Source: Octopus sinensis (taxonomy: Eukaryota). From it: a stretch of DNA of 64,000 nucleotides. Both the position numbers and the translations under genes were made by a program. The DNA is taken from the NCBI RefSeq assembly GCF_006345805.1, contig NC_043020.1, positions 20,832,001-20,896,000 on the forward strand, written 5' to 3'. Positions 51,001 to 56,961 of the stretch are shown here, piece by piece; within the stretch, counting starts at the first letter, position 1; each line of letters starts with the position of its first letter. The notes beneath the pieces were generated by a model. It saw only the letters and a list, made by a program, of their open reading frames with translations, ran no database searches and was not told the origin of the DNA.

Positions 51001-53949
51001 TTATTCTTCCATCCCATATATATTCTGATCCTTGCTTGTTGTGAGTATACCCTGACACTTCACCACCACCTCTCTCCTGTTCTCTCTTGCACTTTTGCTG
51101 TCTTCCACTCTCTCTCTCTCTTGCTCTTCCATCTAGCTCGGTAACCAAGTATCTCCCTTACATCAACACACCAGTTTCTGTCCTCTTACTTGTACCTCTC
51201 TTCCCCTCTCATGCCTTCTCTTCTGTCTCTCTCTTGTCTCTCTTTCTCTGGTTGGGTAATCATGTGCCTCCTTTATAGTAAGACACCTGTTTCTGCCTCT
51301 CTGTTTCTCTGTTACATGCTAACCATCCATCATCTGACATAAGATCACCTCCTCCAATGACTCTTCCCCTCTCAAAATTCCTTCCTTGCAAGATGCTTGG
51401 TGACCCTGCTGGTGCTGGTGTCACGTAAGAAGCATCCAGTCCACATTGTAAAGTGGTTGGTATTTGGAAAGGCGTCCAGCTGTAAAAGTCATACCTAAAC
51501 TGACCTCGCCTGTGCTGGTGCCACCTAAAAAGCACTTAGTCCACTTAGGAAAGACATCCAGCCGTAAAAACCCTGTCAAAGCAGACTCAGTAGCCTGGGG
51601 TAATCTTCTACCTGGCTGACTCTTGTCAACTGTCTTACCCATGCATGGAAGATGGACTTTAATCGATGATGATGATGATATACACATACACACACATATA
51701 CAAGGTTTGATCAATAAGTTTCCGGATTGTTGCCATTTAGGTAACGAACCTAAAGTATGCAGAGTGAAGCCACTCGGCAAAGATTGACCTTCAACTCTGC
51801 TGCGCATGCACACTAAGTTTTAATTTTTTAGTTCACTTCTGCTGTTTACAGAAATGCTTGGAAGAAAGGTGTGTAGCATGTGATTGTTGCATTGACCATG
51901 ACAGAGAAAGTTGTCATGGCGATACCTGCTCAGAGGCCTATGCAAGTTGCAGAAAGTGTATGGAGAGGAGTGTATGAGCTGCACACAAGTGTACGAGCGT
52001 TTCAGACGTTTTCAAGATGGCTAAAAAAATGTCAATATTGATGAACGTTCTGGGAGACCCATAACCAGCAGAACTGAGAAAAACATCACAGATGTGCGTG
52101 CAGCAGTGAGCGGGAAAATTGTCGAATCATCATCCATGAGTTATCAGAGGGTATGTAGATTAATTATGATTCAGATCAGTCCATTATCACTGAAGATTTG
52201 GGTATGAGATGCGTGTCTGCCAACTTTGTGCCAAAACTGCCTTCAGCTGTTAAAAAGACACTCAGGGTTTCAGTTGCACAAGATCTTGACTGTGTCGAGA
52301 AAGATGAAAACTTCTTGAAAACGTTGCGTAGGCCTCTGAGAAGGTACTGCCAAGATTTTGGCAAAATTCGATGCGGATTCTCTGCTCAACTTTCTCTGTC
52401 ATAATCAATGTGAAGATCATATGCTACACATCTTCCTTCCAAGCACTGCAGTAAACGGCAGAAGTGAGCTAGAATGTTAAAACTTAGTGTGCATGCACAG
52501 CAGAGGTCAAGGTCAATCTGTGCCATGCAGCTTTAATCTGCATGCTTCAGCTTAGTTACTATGGCAACAGTCCAGAAACTTATTGATCAGATCATATGTG
52601 TGTGTGTATATATATATATATATATTATCTGATTATCTGTATGTTGGTATACATCAGATTGGAATGCTCAATATATGCTGCAAAGTACATGGATTTTTTA
52701 AAAGTAAAGCTGAGAACTTGTCTCAACAACTCAAATTTCATACCATTATGATTGTGTCTCATCTGAAGATTGCAGTAGTATGAAACTTGAGCTATGAGAC
52801 AAACTCTCACTCCCCACCCTCTCTCTCTCTCTCATATATATATATATACACACACACATACTTACATATATATGCACACACACACAATTACCTAATAAAT
52901 TTTAGTGAAGCAGAAAAAAAAACAGGCATTCATATATGTAATAAAATGTATATAAATGTATATAACAGTGTGATTATAATCATTCAGTAACAATGCTATT
53001 GAATGGCTTCATGCTAATATCTTTACAGAATTGGAGAGGTAAATTATTAGGCATTGCTGACTGGAAAATTATGCCTTGGAGTCTTTCTGTTGGAGATCTG
53101 AGAATGCCATATCTGCTTAATGTATTTCAAACTTGTAAAAACCTGAATGAAATTAATGGACAACAAAAAGTATTTAAAAAGAAAACATGGGCAAAAGACA
53201 GACTAAGAGAGCAAAAAGTTTGTTGGCTTTATACCCTTGAGAGTTATGTCCTTTGGACTTGTCCCTTTTAGACTGACCTGTGTTTTGGTGATAAAATGTC
53301 CACTCCAGTTTCTTGATAGTTGATGATAGGGTGAAGAGGGGACATAGAGAAAGAGGGATAGTTATGTGTGGGAAAGATGAGGGAGTAGGATGTGAGAGGG
53401 ATTGGGCAGGGATTTTTGTCAAAATATAACATATAACAAGAATGTTGAATGCACCCATTGCTACATCAAAGGAACCTGCCTGGTTAGTCCATTTAACCCA
53501 CATTGAATCCTTATCAAATAGAAGCAAGTATGATGATGCCCCTAGTAAAGTTGAGTACCTGAAATAATAAATCTTTTGATTTGTCAATGTGTCTTTACCT
53601 TATTGCAACCATCTGCAAGATATATAACCTGAGAACCGTGTTTTCAAATAAAAAACACAAATTACACCAAAGTTTAACAAATCCAATAATGGTTAGAATA
53701 TAATGACTGTAAAACCTTTTTTAAAGCAGAAATTGGGAGGCCACAAAATATCAGATTATCTCATCCTATTCTGGAAGTGTTGAATTTTAGTATGTGACGA
53801 TAACAAAGTGTTTTGATACAATCCAAAGAATAAACAGATAATGAAATAAAGAAAGGAAGAGAGTGAGTTACTTACTTTGTTAGTTCTAGCATGTTCTTGG
53901 AGAGCTAAATCCCAGAATTGACGTCCTATTTGGTTACCACATTGGCCAA
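1..53949 (-). CDS. TUBE1: Epsilon-tubulin gene, partial (9 coding exons, 1078 nt; first coding exon and 3' exons outside the window)
   Basis: The spliced exons give one open frame: [20 protein letters not shown]...FFRNVD...[15 protein letters not shown]...[12 protein letters not shown]...[20 protein letters not shown]...[14 protein letters not shown]...[13 protein letters not shown]...[12 protein letters not shown]...[17 protein letters not shown]...[11 protein letters not shown]. These blocks match epsilon-tubulin rather than alpha/beta/gamma/delta. All 8 internal introns are GT-AG with compatible phases. Confidence 0.97.
288..1579 (+). mobile_element. Full-length mariner transposon (1292 bp), irritans/Himar-like, non-functional
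   Basis: 37-bp TIRs at 288-324 and 1543-1579 with 2 mismatches. TA target duplication at 286-287 and 1580-1581. Internal transposase. Confidence 0.95.
455..1506 (+). pseudogene. Mariner DD34D transposase pseudogene
   Basis: HTH region and SGRP motif, a 1-bp frameshift near 647, TGA at 805-807, then [10 protein letters not shown] and [15 protein letters not shown] at 1171-1173, then LLQDNA-(34 aa)-PSDF ([10 protein letters not shown]), ending EKD-TAA at 1506. Confidence 0.93.
2770..2982 (+). mobile_element. Isolated 3' tail of the RTE-X-like LINE family, ending in (GAT)n; similar tails near 20290-20450(-), 20722-20930, 24650-24865, 39700-39882, 50563-50822, 51410-51680
   Basis: The sequence aaaagcac...gtggttggcattaggaa..gcatccagc...ccatccaaccc...gatgatgat matches the 3' UTR of the long copies at 30490-30690 and 58480-58665. 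Confidence 0.8.
3084..3224 (-). CDS. TUBE1: TUBE1 coding exon (141 nt; [46 protein letters not shown])
   Basis: Acceptor tttgtcAG at 3226-3225; donor GTAAGT at 3083; phase 2/2. Confidence 0.96.
3255..3925 (-). mobile_element. Two copies of SINE family B flanking a ~280-bp (AAT/AAC)n microsatellite at 3433-3710
   Basis: Reverse complement of ggcgagctggcagaat...gagttcaaattc...gcctttcatcctttc.gggtcgat...aagtaccag... at about 3255-3432 and 3712-3925. Confidence 0.8.
3997..5835 (-). mobile_element. 5'-truncated, degraded L1-clade (Tx1-like) LINE
   Basis: Minus-strand remnants: [18 protein letters not shown] (RT), ...[21 protein letters not shown]...RLLFKFLW, and a C-terminal Cys-rich segment. 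The 3' end ...cctgtagcaaataaatgaaa runs into (ATT)n. Confidence 0.85.
6322..6720 (+). mobile_element. 3' fragment of an R4/Dong-like (restriction-like endonuclease) non-LTR retrotransposon
   Basis: Frameshifted translation [36 protein letters not shown]...[21 protein letters not shown]. It starts directly after (AAT)n. Confidence 0.8.
7335..7900 (+). mobile_element. 3' fragment of a second R4/Dong-like element (RLE domain)
   Basis: ORFs 7472..7681 and 7621..7896 give [21 protein letters not shown] and [21 protein letters not shown]...[11 protein letters not shown], resembling the RPD...D...EK..KY RLE domain. Confidence 0.8.
8600..10352 (+). mobile_element. Degraded CR1-clade LINE (RT plus 3' end) with internal insertions
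   Basis: [10 protein letters not shown]...[29 protein letters not shown](V)DDTK, then 3' GFMGPQLF... and the tail ...gtgctccagcat. Confidence 0.88.
10673..10866 (-). CDS. TUBE1: TUBE1 coding exon (194 nt; [10 protein letters not shown]...[18 protein letters not shown])
   Basis: Acceptor tttcAG at 10868-10867; donor GTATTC at 10672; phase 0/2. Lies inside ORF 10624..10947. Confidence 0.95.
11328..11448 (-). CDS. TUBE1: TUBE1 coding exon (121 nt; [40 protein letters not shown])
   Basis: Acceptor cttctacccAG at 11450-11449; donor GTATGT at 11327; phase 2/0. Lies inside ORF 11124..11501. Confidence 0.96.
11765..12993. mobile_element. AT-rich MITE/foldback-like element with a SINE-A inserted
   Basis: aaaatacttaaaatattgctgctgaagttagaattt (~11814-11849) is the reverse complement of 12850-12885. 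ctagaatgaaaaatgtgggtg (11765) pairs with cacctacatttttcattctgg (12973-12993). Confidence 0.65.
12246..12614 (-). mobile_element. tRNA-headed SINE family A with central (TA/CA) microsatellite
   Basis: Same structure as 61386-61772: head ggctgtgtggtaagtagc...ggttccgagtttagtcccactg and tail ...taaaggcggtactccagcatg..cagtcaagtgactgaaacaagtaaaa. Confidence 0.85.
13244..13404 (+). mobile_element. SINE-A 5' half, ending at the TA tract where a Helitron begins
   Basis: Head with B-box-like ggttcgattcc, running through to gaaagaagcc. Confidence 0.75.
13410..13930 (+). mobile_element. Non-autonomous Helitron
   Basis: The 5' end lies in a tatatataaaactg tract. 3' GC hairpin cccgagcaacgccggg (13903-13918), 8 nt, CTAG (13927-13930), then T. 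No TSD. Confidence 0.8.
14148..14729 (+). pseudogene. C-terminal part of a Penelope-like ORF: Cys/His linker and GIY-YIG endonuclease (no RT)
   Basis: [13 protein letters not shown], then [27 protein letters not shown]...[17 protein letters not shown]. Confidence 0.88.
14976..15071 (+). promoter_or_regulatory. Possible promoter elements in the Penelope-like terminal repeat
   Basis: ccaatcag at 14976-14983, inverted ctgattgg at 15010-15017 and tatttaaa at 15064-15071, upstream of the hammerhead. Motif match only. Confidence 0.35.
15135..15179 (+). ncRNA. Minimal type-I hammerhead ribozyme motif
   Basis: TGAAC-CTGAAGA-T TGCA gaatttaa TGCA T-GAAA-GTAC-TA-GTTCA: 5-bp stem I, intact core, 4-bp stem II, palindromic stem III (AGTACT), CUA cleavage triplet. 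Confidence 0.75.
15570..16825 (-). mobile_element. 5'-truncated CR1-clade LINE (RT C-terminal half to 3' tail)
   Basis: ORF 16258..16911: [13 protein letters not shown]...[14 protein letters not shown]...SYADD...[11 protein letters not shown]. ORFs 16006..16200 and 15652..15903 continue it. The tail is ggtgccccagcatgg. Confidence 0.92.
16826..17255 (+). mobile_element. CR1 3'-end fragment (~430 bp)
   Basis: [15 protein letters not shown]...[17 protein letters not shown]...GVPDEPT, then the ggtgccccagcatggccgcagcc tail. Confidence 0.9.
17450..17885 (-). mobile_element. CR1 3'-end fragment, inverted relative to 16826-17255
   Basis: ORF 17521..17880 is about 90% identical at protein level to the end of ORF 16633..17187. 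Confidence 0.9.
19705..19771 (-). CDS. TUBE1: TUBE1 coding exon (67 nt; [23 protein letters not shown])
   Basis: Acceptor ttctAG at 19773-19772; donor GTTGAT at 19704; phase 1/2. Completes the tubulin signature GGGTG[SA]G. Confidence 0.93.
21352..21473 (-). CDS. TUBE1: TUBE1 coding exon (122 nt; [40 protein letters not shown])
   Basis: Acceptor tttgtcctggaAG at 21475-21474; donor GTGAGT at 21351; phase 2/1. Lies inside ORF 21344..21532. Confidence 0.95.
23168..23340. repeat. Degenerate ~20-bp minisatellite (ccctatcttacaacaaa-like)
   Basis: Recurrent ccct(a/g)tctta(c/a)aa units starting about 80 nt into the intron after exon 23417-23532. Confidence 0.5.
23417..23532 (-). CDS. TUBE1: TUBE1 coding exon (116 nt; [39 protein letters not shown])
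   Basis: Acceptor ttctAG at 23534-23533; donor GTAAGG at 23416; phase 0/2. Confidence 0.96.
25696..25950 (+). mobile_element. tRNA-headed SINE (distinct family)
   Basis: Head gcatggcctagtggttagggtgttgcactcatgat...gtctcaattcc (A/B-box-like) followed by a non-tRNA body; inserted after (ATT)n. Confidence 0.6.
25960..27115 (+). repeat. Plus-oriented SINE-B copies flanking TUBE1 exon 26329-26439; further plus copies at 30780-31425, 33255-33555, 34143-34340, 50215-50550
   Basis: ggtggtaagctggcagaat...ttctgagttc...ttgcctttcatc...aagtacc...aaatttcaggccttgtg, each bordered by (ATT)n. Confidence 0.85.
26329..26439 (-). CDS. TUBE1: TUBE1 coding exon (111 nt; [37 protein letters not shown])
   Basis: Acceptor ttccAG at 26441-26440; donor GTAATA at 26328; phase 0/0. 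FFRNVD and LKAR motifs. Not in the supplied ORF track. Confidence 0.95.
27455..30690 (+). mobile_element. 5'-truncated RTE-clade (RTE-X-like) LINE, relatively young
   Basis: APE remnant ([14 protein letters not shown]), RT ([24 protein letters not shown]), a Cys-rich insert [26 protein letters not shown]...CSRC, C-terminal RGRPRK, and a 3' UTR ending (GAT)n. It stays largely in one frame with scattered stops. Confidence 0.93.
31480..31810 (-). mobile_element. R4/Dong-like 3' fragment
   Basis: [31 protein letters not shown]; its 3' UTR is shared with 34338-34625. Confidence 0.8.
31825..32420 (+). mobile_element. Penelope-like GIY-YIG fragment
   Basis: ORF 31911..32213 plus read-through: CTHVNCMVC...RNVVYSIRC...[16 protein letters not shown]...HAKEQH...[17 protein letters not shown]. 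Confidence 0.85.
34338..34625 (-). mobile_element. R4/Dong-like 3' fragment
   Basis: [35 protein letters not shown]...[10 protein letters not shown]. Confidence 0.8.
35090..37735 (+). mobile_element. Older, degraded RTE-X-like LINE copy
   Basis: Colinear with 27455-30690 ([39 protein letters not shown]), with many stops and internal deletions; 3' tail at 37540-37735. Confidence 0.9.
38405..39124 (+). mobile_element. Tx1/L1-like LINE 3' fragment
   Basis: Cys-containing C-terminal remnant and ORF 38565..38852, homologous to the 4430..4624 region; ends cccttgtgggaaattaaaaaaaa. Confidence 0.75.
42436..44766. repeat. CpG-rich ~505-bp repeat unit in tandem (42436-43017) and inverted (44238-44766) copies around a (TA)n-rich core
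   Basis: 42941-43017 repeats 42436-42512. 44245-44630 is the reverse complement of parts of 42436-42625 and 42645-42950. Confidence 0.85.
43335..44235. repeat. Compound (TA)n/(TATG)n microsatellites (43335-43800, 44005-44235); a similar tract at 54690-55015
   Basis: Direct inspection. Confidence 0.95.
44767..44866. other. Assembly gap (100 N)
   Basis: A run of exactly 100 N, typical of a gap of unknown size. Confidence 0.99.
45105..45483 (+). mobile_element. tRNA-headed SINE (third family)
   Basis: Head ggcacaatagcccagtggttagggcagtggact...tttcgactccc followed by a ~300-bp body ending ccgacggagtgcca. Confidence 0.65.
45563..46605 (+). mobile_element. Internally deleted pogo/Tigger-like DNA transposon
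   Basis: ORF 45989..46306 contains a CENP-B/psq-like HTH ([44 protein letters not shown]). Right end gaggtatgcctg (Tigger-type CAGGCATACCTC); degenerate left TIR aagcataccttg at about 45564. Confidence 0.7.
46710..47632 (+). mobile_element. Penelope-like element 3' fragment with a ~335-bp inverted duplication at its 5' side
   Basis: ORF 47013..47357: [14 protein letters not shown]...[10 protein letters not shown]...[11 protein letters not shown]...[13 protein letters not shown] (GIY-YIG C-terminus). 46710-47046 is the reverse complement of 47274-47632. Confidence 0.9.
47537..47606 (+). ncRNA. Variant minimal hammerhead ribozyme motif (U4C core); mirror copy at 46737-46806 on the minus strand
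   Basis: GTCA-GATAA-CCGAAGA-GATG..GTGGA tt TCCAC..CATC-T-GAAA-CTCAGAG-TT-TTATC-t-TGAC. Confidence 0.6.
48021..49115. mobile_element. Foldback-like element with nested inverted repeats
   Basis: 48120-48275 pairs with 48945-49115 (aaattcacatgatctgattttttccc...), 48388-48425 pairs with 48622-48662, and there is a central hairpin acacgcg...cgcgtgt (48448-48486). Confidence 0.6.
49190..49635 (-). mobile_element. Penelope-like 3' fragment with an inverted terminal copy
   Basis: Minus translation [30 protein letters not shown]. 49190-49220 is mirrored at 49575-49605. Degenerate CTGATGA..GAAAC at 49241-49259. Confidence 0.75.
51701..52594 (+). mobile_element. Non-autonomous mariner derivative with ~185-bp inverted ends
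   Basis: 51701-51885 pairs with 52415-52594. Interior encodes a degraded HTH to DERSGRP...[15 protein letters not shown] and has no DDD domain. TA flanks. Confidence 0.85.
53876..53949 (-). CDS. TUBE1: TUBE1 coding exon (74 nt; [25 protein letters not shown])
   Basis: Acceptor ttctAG at 53951-53950, phase 1. Donor GTAAGT at 53875. Encodes the tubulin N-terminal GQCGNQIG motif. Confidence 0.96.
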
Positions 53950-54839
53950 CTAGAATAAAGAAAAACATTTTGCTTTGTTTTTCCTAGTATATATAGAGCT
54001 GTTTAGATTCAACATTGTAAATAGACAAAGGCATGACTATCTGGTTAAGAAATGTGTTTGACAATCAAGTAATTCTGAGTTCAATTCTATTGTGCAACAC
54101 CTTGGAAAAGTGTTCTGGGTTGACCAATGTCTTGTAAGTAAAACTTGAAAGATGAAAATTTTGTGTGTGCATGCTCATATGAACATGGCAATATTTGGAC
54201 AAATTCTTATTATATGACACGATTATCGTGCTGGTAACAGCATTAAAGTTTGGGCAAAGTAATTTGATCTTGTTGAATCATACTGAGGATGTTATAAATG
54301 AAACAACTGGAGATCATACATTTCAAAAGATACAAGAGATGATGATGAATAATGGAAAAACTAAAGAGAAGCTGGTCATTACAGAAGAAACTGAGCATAT
54401 CATAAAATTTCAGTATCATTTTTATGATGAGTCTAGATATTGTAAGTTTGATAAATGTGCTCAGGGTGACCATACTATGAAAGAGAAATTGATAACAAAG
54501 GAGATTTATTGAGGGTTCATCTTCCAAATTCACTCACAAGGCATTTGATGGCTTGGAGCTAGAGTAGAAAACACTTGCTCAAGGTTTCATGCAATGGGAT
54601 TGAACCCAACTACATGCTTTTGCATGTAGTTGCAAAATGTGTTTCTTAAACACACAGCCATGAAATCCATGAAATTTTGAAAGATTCAAATATATATATA
54701 TATATATATATATAAACATATACAGACATACAAACATATATAGATATGCATACATATATATATAAACATCTACAGACATACATACATAAACATATACATA
54801 CATACATGCATAAACATATACAGACATACATACATAAAC

Positions 54840-54890
<51 letters not shown>

Positions 54891-54915
54891 TATATACATA
54901 TACACATATATATAT

Positions 54916-54966
<51 letters not shown>

Positions 54967-54983
54967 CATACATATATATACAT

Positions 54984-55016
<33 letters not shown>

Positions 55017-55262
55017 AAATTCAGGGTGAATACTTGATAACTGTAAGCACCTGTACGACTATGAGGATTTGCATCCCCAACGAAACTCGTCTTTTTCCCA
55101 AACTTCTCAAACCTGCTATAATGTAATACATGTCTTTGGTGTGGTAACTGTGCGTGGCTGAAGAAGGCTATTGACATACATGTTACATCAATTATGCATT
55201 GATATAAACTGTCCAATAAAGCCAGAAACATATGTACCGCTAAATCCTTTGCATCCTGTTTT

Positions 55263-55300
<38 letters not shown>

Positions 55301-55316
55301 GACAGACAGACACACA

Positions 55317-56345
55317 CTAGCTAGTGTACCTGGTAATTCCCGGGGGTAAAGATGTTCTATTGAAACACCTTATTACTCTGATATAAGAAAGGAATTTCGT
55401 TATAACTGCCACAAAATGTGCATTTTCTGTCACGAAAAAGTACAAAAAACTGTCAGCTGGAGGAGGGATAGATTGTTGGAGGTTGGCGAGAGAGGCTTTC
55501 GGAGGTTGGCGAGAAAGATTGCTGGAGGTTGGTGAAAGAGGTTGACAAGGGGTAAAGACATTATTCTGCTTAGTGAAGGCATCTGGGCAATGGAGGATCA
55601 AATTCACGCTATACCTGCATGAAGCCACTACAGATACATTGTGGAATAAAAAAATTACCTACTGTCATGGAAAAAGTGTGACTGTAAACATGCAAAATTA
55701 TTGGAGTAATGGGCATTCAAAAAAGTATGTATGTATAGAAATGTATGAATGAAGTCTTTAATGTTTAAAATTCAAATTAAGGAAGTTAGTAATAATGTTT
55801 AGCAGTTCAAAACTGTGAGTAGTGAAATGCAGAATTAGGTTGGCTCATTGTGAGAATCAAATATTGATCGTTTTGCTAAAATCTGCAGGTGGTATGGGTT
55901 ATTTCCCTTGGGTTGTTGAAATAAAATGTTAGTAATATGTAATAGATAGAAGGATCCATTGGAAGGGCCCTATTATCGATTTTTTTTCAACAATCTAAGT
56001 ATGTCACGAGATTTCCACACATGAGTTCTACTCATGTGTCAAAGTATAAGTGATATTGTCTTAAAAATTAGAAATAGGACGATATTCAAAGTAATTGAAG
56101 ATAAACAATGAAATGGGTTATTTCCCTTGGGTGGTTAAAAAAAAAATTAGATACATGAGGTAGATATAAAGGTTCCTTCGAGGGGCTGTATTATCAATTT
56201 TTTCAACAATCTAAGTATGTCACGATGTTTCTAGACATGGGTTCTACTCATGTGTCAAGTTTCATCAAAATCAATAAAACGATATAGGAGGAGTTAGCTA
56301 ACAACGCCACAAACAAACACACACTGATTTTCCACATATGTAGTA
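55317..56345 (-). mobile_element. Non-autonomous Helitron-like element with internal ~230-bp tandem duplication
   Basis: Left end CTAG followed by the imperfect hairpin cctggtaattcccggg. 55883-56040 repeats at 56112-56260. Right end aagtttcatcaaaatc...acaaacacacac is typical of such elements. Confidence 0.65.
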
Positions 56346-56417
56346 AATATATATGTAAACACATACAGACATACATATATCATATATATTATACATATAT
56401 ATATATACATATATATA

Positions 56418-56523
56418 TGGTTTAACCGTGCGATCGGGTATTCAGTCTGATTATATAAACATACAGACATACATATATATATATGTATGTATGTATGGTT
56501 ACATAACATGTATGTATGTATGG

Positions 56524-56603
<80 letters not shown>

Positions 56604-56654
56604 CTGTATATGTTTATATAATCGGACTGAATACCCGATCGCGCGGTTAAACCA
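56418..56654. mobile_element. MITE-like element: ~60-bp TIRs around a (TA/TATG)n core
   Basis: tggtttaaccgtgcgatcgggtattcagtctgattatataaac pairs with gtttatataatcggactgaatacccgatcgcgcggttaaacca (2 mismatches). Confidence 0.75.
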
Positions 56655-56940
56655 CTGGGAGTGAAGGACTCCTAGCCTTTGTTAGGGCATCCTTCTCAGA
56701 GAAGGTAACTCAGATAACTGGGATAACTCCGACATAAAACCTGCGGCTCAGTGGTTACCGATGATGTTCACTTGTTCTTCTTTTCGGATTATGACTGCTG
56801 TTGCTTAGTGAGTGGGATTGACTCAGTGCACAGCCTTTCCTCACTTTAAAAAAATTCTTCTTGCACAGGCATTGCACGATAACAATATTGATTAAGCTTT
56901 GTGCAATGGCCATACTCGATAACGAGGGGGCAGCCACCAT
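56655..56940 (+). mobile_element. Short non-coding element ending in the 3' tail of the RTE LINE at 58724-61340
   Basis: tgcaatggccatactcgataacgagggggca versus the LINE terminus tgcaatggccatactcgataacaagggggca. Confidence 0.6.
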
Positions 56941-56961
56941 ATGTTTATATATATATGTATT

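Noticed and set aside
53174-53635. ORF 53174..53587 and AG/GT-bounded mini-exon candidates near 53596-53630
   Set aside because: No tubulin similarity, and the coding sequence is already continuous between exons 53876-53949 and 26329-26439.
54195-54512. 105-aa ORF (MDKFLLYD...)
   Set aside because: Non-ATG start, AT-rich, between SINE relics, and no motif I recognise. Could be a decayed TE; unsupported as a gene.
55049-55074. Minus-strand ATG CAA ATC CTC ATA GTC GTA CAG GT (MQILIVVQ) as TUBE1 first exon
   Set aside because: The donor would be phase 0, but the next exon needs phase 1 and has no alternative AG, and the peptide lacks the MTQS start.
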